Made by a program: the position numbers and the translations under genes | Source of the DNA: Halocafeteria seosinensis | Taxonomy: Eukaryota | Direction: 5' to 3' | DNA length: 64,000 nt | Assembly: GCA_001687465.1 (NCBI GenBank) | Contig: LVLI01000079.1 | Location: forward strand, 62,001-126,000 | The notes under the pieces: generated by a model | Databases searched by the model: none | Told to the model about the DNA's origin: nothing | Seen by the model: only the letters and a program-made list of their open reading frames with translations | Shown: one piece after another, positions 11,957 to 25,017 of the stretch | Layout: each line of letters starts with the position of its first letter | Numbering within the stretch: position 1 is the first letter of the stretch

Positions 11957-14266
11957 TTACTTCGAAAGCGATTTTTTGGGATTTGGAATTTTGTTGTTGA
12001 AAAAGGGGTTACCGCCTTTACCGGAACCGCCATTCTCTGCTGGTTTGCCTTTCGAACTCTTGCTACTCTTAGATCCTTTGACCAGTTCATTCATGCCAGC
12101 TTGCGCAGAGTCATTGCTATCACTGCTACTTGAGGATGCTTCACTGTCCGATCCTTCTGATTCTTCTTCCTCTTTCCCTGAAGAGGCATGCGCACCTGCA
12201 CGGGACTTCTCAGTCTTGTCCTCCCCCCCTTCGTCCTCCTCTCCCCCTTCGTCTTCGTCCTCCGAACTCGAACTAGAAGTCTCCTCGTTGTCGTTTCCAG
12301 CCTTCCTCTTGTACTCTCGCAACTGCTTTCGGTGGTCAGCGCTTTCTTCTTCTGTCTTAGACTTCACTGCGGATTGTTCTTCGGCTTCAGACTCCGACCC
12401 CGACTCTGTTTGGACAGAGCCGTCACTGTCGTCATCATTTGCTTGCTCCGTCTCGCGGCCTGGGTTGCCCTTTTCTGATGCAGGAATCTTTTTGCTTTGG
12501 CCATGTGCGGTCGCAGTCGACACTTGCTCTGCACTCTTAACCGTGCCGGTGCTTGAACTTGCCATACTCTTGGTGTTTGTATGACCGATCGAAGAATCCG
12601 CGGGACGCTTCTGAGCACGCTGGGCCTGAGTTCCGGAGACGGCTACGCCGTTGGGGCGAGACACTTCAGGGGCCGCCCGAGAAGTACGATGTGTTGCTTC
12701 TGTTTGGGTTTCTCCCACTCCATGGGTTGTCGATTCCTCTTTGGAAATGAACTTCGCATGGGGGAAGTTGCTGTGAAGCTCGGTGTAGACATCTTTCAAC
12801 GACACATTGCAAGCCTTCAGAGAGATGAAGGTACCGACGTAAAACCGGTAGGCCTTTGGATGTTCCGTGCTACCACTTGGTGGATATACACGAACAGTAA
12901 AACTCGCGTTAAGGCACTCCTCCGACGTCCGCGAAAGATGCTCTTCAGTCTCGACAACAACATTTTCCCGACTGTCGGGCTGCAAGTGTTTCTGTTCTTC
13001 TCCACACCAAGGATAGACCGACGTTTCGTCAAATGACACTCTTCGTTTTCGCGGCTTCGATTCTTTACTTGTTGTGGCCAAAGAGCCTGCTTTGTCCGTT
13101 TCCGTCGCCGAAGAGGACGGGTGTGTGTGTTGTACTGTTGATGCAGACTTTGCTTGCGGTATTTCTGTGGTAGATGTACTCGGCGCACTAGCCGATGCCT
13201 CGTTTGGGATAGCAGCGGCTTTGGGTTTTCCCTTCGAGGTCTTTTCTTTTAATGACGATGCCAATTGCTCTTTAAGTTTTCTATGACGAATATAGTTGCC
13301 AAAGAACGTTTGTTTCCTCTCACTATTGACATATTGCTGCATCTTTTTCGATAAGTTGGTTGGAGTTGCCTCAATTTCACCTTGAGCCACCTTGTCGATA
13401 AATTCCTTTGCCAGCTCCTCCTCCTTAGGTGTCAACTTCCCCGAAGAGCGAGACTCCGGCATTGGGTTCTTCTTGCTCACAAGGTGATCACCCAGTACCT
13501 CTTTGAGATTATGTTTCTTAATGTACGTCGAAAATACTCTGTTTTCGGAGCGATTAGGATTAACGTAATGCTTCATTTCATTCGGTAGAGCAGTGGCTTT
13601 TACCCGAACATTCCCTTCAAGCACGTCTTTCTTAAACTTCTCAATACCTTCCAGCTCTTTGGCAGTAAGCTTGCCAGAAGCGGGAAAATCAACCGTTTCC
13701 CCAAGAGTTTCATTCTCCGTAGAAGCCGCAGCATTCGAAGCTTCCGCAGTGTTCGCTTCCTTGTTGCTGTGGTCGTGGTCAACGGCTGAATCCTGAGACT
13801 GTGAGAAGGGGGTAGTTCGATCCTTCAAATCCGTCGTTTTGAGGAACTCATGGAACGTCTTCTTGGACTTGTCCGGATTCACGTATTTCCTCATTTTCGA
13901 ACTCAAGTGGGAAGTCTCGATTTCACCGGACCGCACTTTCTGCATGAACTCTTGGATTTTCGTTTGCTCTTCCGCCGTGAACCCTTCCATATTTCCTTTG
14001 AATTTCCCTTGGGGTGTGGACGGATGGTCTGAGGACCCCTTGGTAGCTGTGCTGGGGTCAGTGTTACTCATCGAGGTGTCCTCTTGCCCGGCGGCGGTTG
14101 GCTCGCTTCCTTTGCTCGCTTTCTTGTGCTTCTTTTTCGTATGCTGCACTACCGCAGTGTCAGCACCACCAGAGCCTGTTGCACTACTCGAAGCTGCGAC
14201 GCTGCTTTCTTGTGGTTTGCTCTTACTACGCTTCTGAGCCTTGGAACTGGAGTTGGAGTCTGCCAT
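11957..14266 (-). CDS. Lys/Ser/Glu-rich, probably nuclear or nucleolar protein with three ~50-aa internal repeats
   Basis: 780-aa uninterrupted ORF; basic clusters (KKKHKK, KPRKRR) and an acidic Ser-rich tail. Start is 14266 or 14299. Confidence 0.8.
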   Translation of the reverse strand: MADSNSSSKAQKRSKSKPQESSVAASSSATGSGGADTAVVQHTKKKHKKASKGSEPTAAGQEDTSMSNTDPSTATKGSSDHPSTPQGKFKGNMEGFTAEEQTKIQEFMQKVRSGEIETSHLSSKMRKYVNPDKSKKTFHEFLKTTDLKDRTTPFSQSQDSAVDHDHSNKEANTAEASNAAASTENETLGETVDFPASGKLTAKELEGIEKFKKDVLEGNVRVKATALPNEMKHYVNPNRSENRVFSTYIKKHNLKEVLGDHLVSKKNPMPESRSSGKLTPKEEELAKEFIDKVAQGEIEATPTNLSKKMQQYVNSERKQTFFGNYIRHRKLKEQLASSLKEKTSKGKPKAAAIPNEASASAPSTSTTEIPQAKSASTVQHTHPSSSATETDKAGSLATTSKESKPRKRRVSFDETSVYPWCGEEQKHLQPDSRENVVVETEEHLSRTSEECLNASFTVRVYPPSGSTEHPKAYRFYVGTFISLKACNVSLKDVYTELHSNFPHAKFISKEESTTHGVGETQTEATHRTSRAAPEVSRPNGVAVSGTQAQRAQKRPADSSIGHTNTKSMASSSTGTVKSAEQVSTATAHGQSKKIPASEKGNPGRETEQANDDDSDGSVQTESGSESEAEEQSAVKSKTEEESADHRKQLREYKRKAGNDNEETSSSSSEDEDEGGEEDEGGEDKTEKSRAGAHASSGKEEEESEGSDSEASSSSSDSNDSAQAGMNELVKGSKSSKSSKGKPAENGGSGKGGNPFFNNKIPNPKKSLSK

Positions 14267-14578
14267 GCTTGGGGCTTCTTTGCGCGTCACTGAATGCACT
14301 TCCCTTCACTCTCCTTGCAGAGAGAAAGACCTACAAACAATATGAGCGCCGCAAGTCTTGCTAGTATTGGTACCCTGGAAGGTATGTATGTATGTAATGT
14401 ACAATGAATGAATGAATGAATGTGTACAACCCGGAGTCTGTTGGACGCCTCCGGGGAGGAGAGGGACGCGCCAAACCACCAACGCTATTCTGGAAAAAGT
14501 GGCAGGAAAGATTGCTGTGTTCAGAATATGAGGAATGCTACAAGAGATGGCAATGTGTTGAGTACTTTTGTTAGCACG

Positions 14579-16036
14579 ATGACGGAAAACACAGCTACAC
14601 ATGAGTCAGATGGCATCCTTCCGAAGAAGGCGTGCCTTCTGGCACCCATGGTTCGCTGTGGAACGCTCCCTCTACGGCTCCAAGCGCTCCGGAATGGGGC
14701 TGATTTGGTGTACACGGAAGAACTGATCGATAAACAGCTTGCAGAGTGCGTTCGGATGGACAACAAACAAGCAGGTACAGTAGACTTTTACAACAGAGAC
14801 GGCGCGCCTATACTGAGGACCACCACGGAGGAGACCAAGAAACTTGGCTTGCAGCTTGGAACTGCGTCGCCAGCTCTCGCCGTGCAAGCTGTGAAGATGG
14901 TACGAAATTTCATCACGTTGGTCGACATCAATTGTGGGTGTCCAAAGCACTTTTCAATCCAAGCCGGTATGGGAGCAGCTTTACTCAAAAAGCCCGAACT
15001 TCTCTGTGACATCATCAGAGCCCTTAAACACGAGTGCGACATTCCTGTCAGCTGTAAAATCAGACTACTGGACACAACAGAAGAAACAATAGACCTGATG
15101 AGGAGAGTTGAACAAGCTGGTGTGTGCTTTATTTCAATTCATCTTCGGAGTATTGAAGAAAGACCGAAGGATCCAGCGCATTGGGAGAAAATGACGGAGC
15201 TAGTCGAAGCTGTAAACGTGCCGGTGGTTGCCAATGGTGACGTTTGGAATACTTCGGATGTTGAGGACATTCAAAAACGCACCGGGTGTAGTGGAGTCAT
15301 GCTTGCTCGTGGAGCTTTGTATGATTGCTCTATTTTTCGAGTACATCGTTCAGGAAATACTGAAGATGGAAAATCTATGGAGGAAAATGTACGCGATTAC
15401 CTACGAACTGCAGCCGAGGTTGGGAACACGCATGCAAATACCAAGTATACTGTTTCCTCTATTCTCAAGGAACACAGAATGCTTAGCTCTGAAGTTGGAA
15501 TTCACGTTCAAAGGTATGTTAAGGGGGGCGACACGCGTTAGCAAGTCTGTCTGTCACGATGCAGTTCATACATGTGCAGGGCCAAGACTCCAACAGAACT
15601 CGCCGCAGCATTCAATGTGAAGAGCGAAGTCTCAGAGCGTCTTAAAGCCATTGGTGTGGACCCTGATGTTGGAAAACTTACGAAAAAGCAAAGAAACCAG
15701 CACCGACAACGTATTATCGACTTGATTAAGAAGAAAGTGGAAGAGGAGGAACGGAGCGTTCATGTAGTACGCAACGGCGAGAAGGTTTCAGGGCCATCTG
15801 AAACAAATCGCGAGAAGAATCGGAAGAGAAAAAACTTTGATGTACAACAGGCTCTCGGAATCAAGCATTCCAAAGTGTCTCACGATGGAAACGACAACAC
15901 TTCAAGTCGTGAACTGGCCGCTGCACCAGACGCTCCGTTGAACCGCAAGTATGACGATGACTATTTTCTGCAGTTTATGGATGAGGATAGCCGTCGTAAG
16001 GTAAAATGCCGAGACATGGATACCCACCAGACATGA
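14579..16036 (+). CDS. DUS2: tRNA-dihydrouridine synthase, DUS2-like
   Basis: LAPMVRCGTLPLR, DINCGCPKHFS..GMGAALL, SCKIRLL, VVANGDV, GVMLARGA; one intron at ~15513-15579. Confidence 0.92.
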
Positions 16037-16220
16037 GTTGCGGTCATAGGTACCAGTTGTCGGCATTGACTCATGCCATTGAGGCTTCCCGCACCTCTTG
16101 TGAACGTGGATACAACTTTAGACTGCATGGGTATAGAGAATGGATATCAGTATTGCCGTTCGCGAGGGAAAGACCCAAAGCTGCGCACTATTGATGTATA
16201 GAGGGAACAATAGACGGGTA

Positions 16221-17618
16221 ATGTCGCTGTACACTGTCTCATCAACATGGCTTTTTGCTGCGGCAATAGGAGCCTGTGTGACGTCAGTGACGGGTTCGAT
16301 GCCCATACGTCCAGGGTATGGGCTGCGGCGCGAACCTGCGGATGATCCCAATAAAACTATGAATCGAGAGCTATGGGAACTGAAACCAAGCACTTCTCCG
16401 CTTCCTGATGCTCGCTCAGGAGCGGCAGCAGCTTCCTTGCCTTGTGATGGTCTGATGGTCTTCGGCGGATGCAGTTCTTCCTGTTGCTATTGTAAGTGAA
16501 CGTTCGAGTTCAGTGACAATTAAGTTAACGTCGACCACTTAACTATGAATGCAGCCCCATTGAGTGACACATGGAAATGGGCGAATGGGCTGTGGAGTCA
16601 AGTATCCCAAAGCAGCGAACCAACAGGCAGGGTGTTCCACACCATAGTCAACCAAGGAGACATTGCTCTATTATTTGCAGGTAAGTATGCGTGGTGGACG
16701 TAATATTTGATTCCATTTACCAAAGATTGCTTTCAATTAATTTTCACAGGGTCAAGCGTCTCAAATGGATTTCTTAACGATTTGTGGCAGCTGGAGACAA
16801 AGTCACTCTGCCGAGATGAGGCACCTGACACACCGTGGACGCAAATTTCAATAAAAGGTGATAGCCCGCCAGTTCGTGGAAGTCATTCAGCTGCCATCAA
16901 TGATCGAGGTGAAATGTACGTGTATGGCGGACGGAATCGTATCACTGTACTAAAGGACTTCTGGAAATTAGACGTAGAAGCTCGCACTTGGACCAAGCTG
17001 AATGACAGTGAGGGCCCTGGTCCGCTCGCGAGTCATGCTTCTGTGTGGCTGGACGGTATGTGAGCTCCCAATGTAGCCACCAAGAGGCATTGCTTATTAG
17101 ACAATCAATTGCTCATCCCCAGGAACGCTATACGTATTTGGAGGCAGCAATGCGCTTGGAAAAGATAACAATCAGTTGTGGGCTTTCGATCGCTCCACTC
17201 AAACCTGGAGCGAAGTCGTCGCAACTTCGAATGCAATCCCTGCTGCAAGACAGTAAGCTGCAACGGCACGACTCCGCTTCTGAATGAGCCGTAGTCACTT
17301 CTCTGGGTCGTTCAAATGTGTTGCAGTGGGCACGTGCTCTGGGCGACGTCATCGGGAAACCTCAGGCTGTTCGGAGGGAAGAATGGCACTTCAGAAGACG
17401 ATCCTTACTTAGGCGATACATGGCTATTCAATCCGAAGGACACCTCTTGGAAACAGCTACAGGAAGGTGTTAGTAAACCTTCCAAAGAACTGCCCAATCA
17501 GAGAGTCTACCCGGCGTTTGCTGCGGCAAACACTTCCGACCTACTATTTGGCGGATTTTCTGGATACAGTGGAGGTCTTAATGACAAGCTCCACAATGAT
17601 CTGTGGGAGGCCCTGTAG
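16221..17618 (+). CDS. Secreted kelch-repeat (beta-propeller) protein
   Basis: Hydrophobic N-terminus; repeated R..H.....VYGG/FGG...DLW kelch motifs across about 5 exons. Confidence 0.8.
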
Positions 17619-17625
17619 GATTCCC

Positions 17626-18700
17626 TTAGGGGTGGACTCGATTGGAAGTCATACCCGCTACGTCGCACGCAAATTTTGTCCCTTTCGCTGTGAAAGCAGC
17701 AATAGAATCGCTTTGCTCCGGTGCCGGTTCCCCGCGTTCACCTAAAATTCCCGTCATTTCTTGGTGGAAAAGCGGTTGTTCACTGTTCGCCGTCGCATGA
17801 ATCCAACACAAGCGCTGCACTTCTTCCTCCTCGAGGACTACCCTGATATCTTTAACTTTTTGCTCGATCTGGGCCTCAAAGTATACCACCAAATGCTGTT
17901 TCCGTAATTGACCCTCAGCAGAGGTAATCGGGTAACACGATTCCCACATGCATAGAGGTTCTAATTGTGCAGGAGAGAGTACTAGTCCGGTTTCTTCCTC
18001 CACCTGTATCAGTTAGGGAGCACTACATTAGAGATACGCTGTACCATACATCCTCTCCATTGGAAGCCTACCTCGCGTATACCCGCTTGTTTGAGCGACT
18101 CATCAGGATCTACATGCCCTCCGGGAACGACCCAAAATCCTGGAAATGCCTTCATTTTGGAATTCCGCTGCGTAAGCATCACATACCCATCGTGGGAACG
18201 AACGACCACTGCTACAGCGAGCTTGATGGTTGAGCAGCCCGGCTCGACTCTGCTGTACAGCGCAGGGCACTCGCTGAAGTGGAAAGGTACAAACTCGAAT
18301 ATTGAGTTCATTAGCTTGCAGCAGGAAAGGGTCAATTCGTATGCTTCGCTTACCTAGCATGACCCATCGGTAGCTCCACATAAGTCCTCTCCTCGTCGCT
18401 CGACAAGGAATGTGGTTGTAATTTGGACAGCACCAGTCCATTGTTTCCGGGCTCAATTTCCAAACATACCCTTGCCCATTCTAGGTAGTCTAAGCCATTG
18501 AGTTTCCGCGATACGCTGTCAGATATACTGGACACGGTGGTATCTTCCGCGGGACGATCGGAGATCGTCCCACTATCTCCGACGATTTGCCGGATCAGAC
18601 ACTGGCCGAACTTCGCATGCATGAGTGAAGGGTTTTGTTCATGTTCCCTGGTGCTTTGTACAGACACCGTCAGTGTACTTAAAGGCCGCGTCGCTGCCAT
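17626..18700 (-). CDS. Nudix hydrolase, NUDT17-like
   Basis: LTQRNSKMKAFPGFWVVPGGHVDPDESLKQAGIRE|VEEETGL (Nudix box split by an intron); LCMWESCYP; HLVVYF. Confidence 0.85.
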
Positions 18701-19123
18701 TTTGTTGAAGTACGTCGTCGCTCGCAGTTTCCGAAACTGGTTAGACAGCCGAGAAACCGGAGAACATACAGCCCACAACATTCCAATCGAGTATATCACA
18801 CGATGTCCATCTCCCCCATCATCCACACGCCCGGCGTAGAATGGCAATGGTTGTATCATTCAGACCTCGATAGAAGTCGACGAAAAGTTTGCTGTCTTCC
18901 ATTGAAGTCTGTCAAAGCAAGTGAGTACGAAATGTGATTGACTGACACAAAGAGAGAAGTTTTGAAGCTTGTTAAATCGTAGTCTCTTTGCACTGTGAAC
19001 AGCGTTCCGTTTTCGTCCGAAACGATAGCGATTGAATAGAGAAGAAGTCAAACCTGGTTGGTGACTCTGTCTCTGTTTGCTCTCCCTTTGTCCGAGTTTA
19101 TTCCATACCCCAAAGGCAACAAA

Positions 19124-21381
19124 ATGTCGTCCGCGGAAGGAGCTCAAGAAGAGAAAAATAAAGGCAACAAGGCTCTGCAGGAGCAGAGGTTCGACGAAGC
19201 CATAGCGCACTATAACAAGGTATGTGGAATGAGAACGTGGGTCAGAATGTTCGACAAATCGAAGGAAACTTTTGCACTCTCGGGAGATCGTGCTGGGTCA
19301 TTGGCGTCATGAGTGTAATTCATGTCTCCTATTGGATTTTCATGGGGTATGTGTCTTCGCTGCTGCTCGACTCGCAGGCCATTGAACTGGATCCTAGCCA
19401 GCACGTGTTCTTCAGCAATCGGTACGTGTAGAAGCGAACTTTATCACTTCTTCCTTAGGAAGATACTTGAAGCATCACTTTATTTTCGAAATCACAGATC
19501 AGCAGCATACCTATCCAAAGGGGATGCTCAGAATGCGTTCGAGGACGCGAACAAATGCGTCGAAATCCAACCGAACTGGCCAAAGGGTTACAGTCGAAAG
19601 GGGGCTGCACTCCATGCATTGGGACGATACGATGAAGCCATTACGACATATGACGAAGGGTTGAAGCAAGATCCAAACAATGACAGCTTGAAATCGGGCA
19701 AGGAAGAAGTCCTTAAAGCGAAGAATGCTCCTGCCGGTGGAATGGGCGGCATGGGAGGCATGCAAAACCCTTTCGGCCCCGACATGTTCAACAAACTCGC
19801 CCTGCACCCCAAGTATCGTGAATATTTGAATGACCCAGACTTCAAAGAGAAGCTGACAAAGTTGCAACGGGACCCAAACTCTTTTGCTTCTATGATTGGA
19901 GAAGACAACAGGATAATGGAGGTCTTGAGCTACCTCATGGGGATCCCAATGGGTGAAGGTGGCCAAGATGGAGGCGATCAAGGCCACGCCGCTGGGGCAA
20001 CTGGCGCGGCCGGTGGACAGCAATCACAACCTGAGGAGAAACCAAGTTCCAAGGAGGAAGAGTCTAAGCCGCAGAAGAAGGAAACTCCCGAAGAAAAAGA
20101 GGAGAGGGAGCGCAAAGAGAGGGCCGAAGCAAAGAAGAATGAAGGCAACCAGTATTACAAGAAGAAGGAATTCGACAAGGCCCTGGAATTGTATGATGAG
20201 GCCATGGAGATCGATCCCCATGACATTCGGTATCGTCTCAATAAGGCGGCTGTGTACACGGAACAGAAAAACTACGAAAAGGCTATTCAAGAGTGCCAAG
20301 ATGCATTGGAATATGGTAGAGAAAACAAGGCTCCGTTTGCTCACCGAGCGAAAGTAAGTACCAAGCCGAATGCTCGAGGAGCCGGACGTGGGTTTCATTG
20401 AGGTTTGGATGCAGGCGCTCGAGCGCTTAGGGAACATCTATAAGAAGAGGGAAATGTATGACGAAGCAATCCAAGCATATGAGGATAGCTTCACCGAATC
20501 TTACTCGGAGAGTGTCAATACGAAGTTGAAGGAATGCAAGCGTATCAAAAAGCGGCTTGAGGAGGAAGCCTACAGGTACGCTCTTTAACGCCATGTCGCC
20601 ATTGGTTGAAGCCTGTTACGTGATTGCTGCTTGTACTCTACATACAGAGATCCCGAGAAGGGAGAAGAAGCAAGAGAGAAAGGAAACGAGTATTTCAAGG
20701 ATGGCAAGTTCACGGAAGCGATAGAGTCCTATACAGGTACGACCGTGTGCATATGACCAGTTCGTTGCTCTTTGCTTGGCCTATTATGAACCTCATATAC
20801 GTTGTCAAGTTCAGAAGCTATCAAGCGTAATCCCGATTGTGCGAAGTACTATTATAACCGGGGAACAGCACGTACCAAGATTATGGATTTCTACAAGGCT
20901 TATGAAGATATCAACAAAGCTCTTGAAATGGACCCCAATTATGTCAAAGCATGGGCGAGGAAAGGCAATATTGAATTTGTTCAAAAGGAATACCACAAAG
21001 CCATCGATTCTTTCAAAAAGGTAAGTGCGTCACTGAATCGAGGTGCATTTAACATTAAGGAAGCCATTCATTGGTTAACACAATTTGAGGACACAGGGGC
21101 TAGAATTGGACAAGGACAACTATGAGTGCCAGGATGGGTATCAACGTACAATTATGAAGATCAACGAAAGCCAAAGTGGCGAAACGGATCAGGAGCGTGT
21201 TGCCCGTGCAGCTTCAGATCCTGAAATTCAACAGATCATGCGGGATCCGATGGTATCACAAGCATTGCAAGACATGCAAAACGATCCACAAGCCTCTCAG
21301 AGAATAATGAGTGATCCTCATATTGGTCCAAAAATTGAGAAACTGGTTGCCTCAGGTATTCTCCAAACAAAATCCCAATAG
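19124..21381 (+). CDS. STI1: Hsp70/Hsp90 organizing protein (TPR1-DP1-TPR2A-TPR2B-DP2)
   Basis: EEKNKGNKAL, SNRSAAY, WPKGYSRKGAAL, DPEIQQIMRDP, KIEKLVASGIL; multiple introns. Confidence 0.96.
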
Positions 21382-21388
21382 ACATAGA

Positions 21389-24300
21389 TTACACCTTGTT
21401 CGAAATATCACCGTTGAGGGCATTTCTCCCGTTCTCTTCCGTTCTCAAGGGGTTTATAACGTTCATGTCGGAATCGGAATCGCTTTGTCGCCTGACCTTC
21501 TGCCAAAACTCTTCTTTTGCTTCGCCTGATATCGTCAACCTTCTCCCACTGTGCAGCTGTAATTTTTGTAATTTACTGCTTCCGACGTCTTTCTTCTTCA
21601 TTAGGCCACAGGTCAGTATGTGGCGGCGATCTTCGTAGAACCACCGCTCCATATAGTTGTGCAGAAGCCACAAAACTATCAGTAGACTATATTTTACTCC
21701 GACAACAACTGTTGATTCGCAACGCAGCCGGATGTGACGTCAACGGGTATCGAAGAACTACTTGAGATATTCACTTACCAACAGCAGCTGAGTAAAACGC
21801 AACCATCTCATCCCTCGCCTTACTACCCCGGACAAGCGCCATTGCAGCCAAAATTCCAAAATCGAACCCAACTTGAACTGCAATATAATACCATATCGGC
21901 AACCTCCTGGTATCTTTGACCCAGTCATAAGTAATCCTTTCAGTTCCGGGAGAGACGAAAACACTGGATATAATCTCCCCCAGATGAGCCAAGTTACCAC
22001 GCCAATACCCCTGCAACAATCACTCTTAATGAGACACGGAGGATGTGGACAACGACGCACACGCGCACGCACCACAGTAAGCAGGAGCTTGGAGCCCAAA
22101 GTTATTCCAAGGAACGCAGCAATATTAAATGAGCCATTTTCATCAAGTGGAAGTGCTTCCATTGCTAGCGATATCGTCGCTATATTTGACAACACTTCCA
22201 TGGAGCGGAAAGCAGCTAAGAACACTATAGAAAACGAAAGCGTGCTGACCCACGGCTTATCAACGGCATTTCCCCTGGAAGCATGTAATAGTAGCACATG
22301 TACGTGTAATTCGCATCGAATTATTTATGGCGTAAGATCTACATACCAAGCACCAATCTTTTGCCGATCACTTTGAGTGATTGCGCCAACCTGTGTCAAA
22401 GACAGTCATAGCATTCATCGTTCTCCAACCGACCAGGAGTAAGCGTCTTACAATACTGAGGAATGAAATACCGATCGAAGAGAGCAAGATCACTCCTGGG
22501 TCCTCTGAGTCCAATGCCACAAATGACTGCAGAAGAACTTGGGGTGCTGCCTCAAGAAGCGCTTCCATTAGTTTCAACCGCTGGATGGACTGCAATACTA
22601 AAATATCTTTTTGTGTAACTAGCAGATCAGGCAACGCAGAATCATACGACGAGCTTACCGCTAGGCCCTGCATAGGCTGCGATGTATCAATCATGATGGT
22701 TGCCGAGGGAACCTGAGTAACGCAATCGTAAAAGACAAATCAGTATTCAGGTAGTTTAGACATTGGAGACTTACCTGTCCTCGTACCACAAAGTTGAACG
22801 CGTCCAGGACAATGGAAAGGGAAAATGGATGCAAAACGCTGGCCATTATTCGTCCATCGGCACAAAGAGAGTAAGAAACGTAGATAACCGCCAAAGCTAC
22901 TACCGCGAGAAGGAACAGAAATGTCTCCCATTGCCCTGCGGCGGCAAGTTGGCCCAACACCTGCAATCATTCGACACAAAGTTTGAACCCGAAGAACACA
23001 TTCTACAATAGCGTTTTGGGGTCCTACCACCAGATCCAGGAAATAATCGATCAGGTTAACTACGGCAGAACCGACGGCAATCATTTTTGGTATTGAACAG
23101 CCCGCAGGCACTAGCATTTTGTAGCAGCCTGCGATGAAAGAAATGTTAGCAAAATGCAAAGTTGTCTTCAAAACACCATCGATAGTAGTCCCCACCATGA
23201 AGTTGTACTCTGTTCACTTTCGAAGAAAACGACTTGTTGTGAGCTTCCTCCTCTTGTAACCTCTTCGATGTAACATCAGGCGGCGTAAACGTAAGTGAAT
23301 CCCCGTGGCTATATAAAATTTCTCCCTGTGTTCATCGGAATAACATATACACCCCGTGTTTTCGACCGACATAACGAACTAAACCTTACATCGAGTATAC
23401 ATCCTTCGTCATCCACATGTATTGTTACTACCCTTCCATCTAGAAGGATGAATTCCTCCTCTTTCGAATTAGGGAAAACCTCTTCATCTTGCCTGTCCAG
23501 GAGATGCACTATGAAAGCGATTTGAGCTATTATTTCCTCCGAGTTCGAAATCCCACTGTAGTCCACCCCTATGACACTTGTATGGTGCTTTGCTATACGG
23601 AATGCACAAGCCTCTCGAACGTATCTACCTGTACAATTGTACAACAGTGGACAAGGCACGGATGCATCCACAGCAAGCCCCCAAAATCCCATGTCTTCTT
23701 GTTTACCCACCTTCGACGCCTGAACCAGTGAGGTTCAGCTTTTGCTTTTCACCTTTAACAGCTATGCAGTACTCGGCAAGACTGAAGATCAACCTATTGC
23801 TTATGGGACACTCTGCACCAGTAATGAGGTGATCGGTATAAAGCTGATTGCGAATTATCACGAAACCGCACCTGACAAGTCCAATATCCGCACGTTCGGA
23901 CAAAATTTCAGAGCATCCAGAACCGGAGCAAGAGTGTAACTAAGCTTCATCTGATTGCCAGATAATGACAGTAAGTTCAAGGACTTATTCTTCAATAACG
24001 CCCGTGAGAACGTCTCCGTCGCTGTGATCCTGTATTACCCAGTGGACTCATTTTTTAAAATCAGTCGGTTTCACTAGGTCCGAACCTGGAAGAAAAACTT
24101 ACATTTTATTCACGACAGGATCAACATGCTTATTCTTGTCAAACGTGAACATATTTTTTCCTATATACAGGCGGGTGATAGCAGTGCGATCTTCTAACAG
24201 TCGGGATAGTTGAGATAAGCTGCAACGTAAACGATGGGAGTAAGCATGTACACTATCAAAAGAATTCGTAAAGATTTCTTACCCCGCATCACTCAAAACA

Positions 24301-25017
24301 TTATCTTCTAGGTTCAGTTGATGAATCGTCGTGTTGTTTAACAGCGCTTCTGTTAGACTTGTCGTCCCTGAGTCACCGATGCTGTTCCCTTTCAGCGACA
24401 GCATGTTGATGAACTGATTCTGTGATAATGAGGTTGCTAGCATATTCGCTCCCTCTGGTCCAATGTTGGTATCCTGCATTGAATGAAATAGCACAATTCC
24501 GTTGGTTGAATTGCTTCAACTTCAAGAGGAAGATGCGGTTGTACAGCTGGCAGCACTCTCTTTTCATACCTCTAACCTGAAGCTCCTTATCGTGGTGTTC
24601 TTCGTTAGAGTGGCGGCTATAATCTTCATGAGCCATGGTTGTGTTATATCGACTTTCTCAACGGTAAGTACACTGCAAAGGCCAGGTAGCGAAGGTATGA
24701 GCATCTGTTTTAACCACCGCGCATCGCCAAGTATGGCGTTATTTGTCTACATACCGAACTGTTTCATTCGTCTGTAACAATATGAACAACGCTGCAAGGA
24801 TCCTCCCTTTTGCAACGTCGTCTCCTTGGAGCTGATCCCCAGCAATTTTGACCTCAGTTGTCTCGCTTGCAAGTACATTCCTCAGGGTTTCCCCTACGTC
24901 TCCCTGAGTTGCTTGAGCAATTTCCCTGGCTTTCGTATGGTCTGACGCTTCCAGAGCATTGGCTGCCCTTCGAGAAACACTCACACTCCTTGATGATGCA
25001 CTTCGTCCTCTATCCAT
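21389..25017 (-). CDS. RNI-like LRR + XK-related membrane domain protein, copy A
   Basis: LRR: NIGPEGANMLATSL..LSLKGNSIGDSGTTSL..LNLEDNVLSDAG. XK: NLIDYFLDL and LKLMEALLEAAPQVLLQ plus several TM segments. Linker exons join in frame through GT-AG introns. Confidence 0.75.

Noticed and set aside
11952..12584. 210-aa plus-strand ORF and similar antisense ORFs
   Set aside because: Shadow frames of real genes on the opposite strand.
14383..14421. (GTAT)n/(TGAA)n short repeats in a divergent promoter region
   Set aside because: Ordinary microsatellites; no function can be supported.
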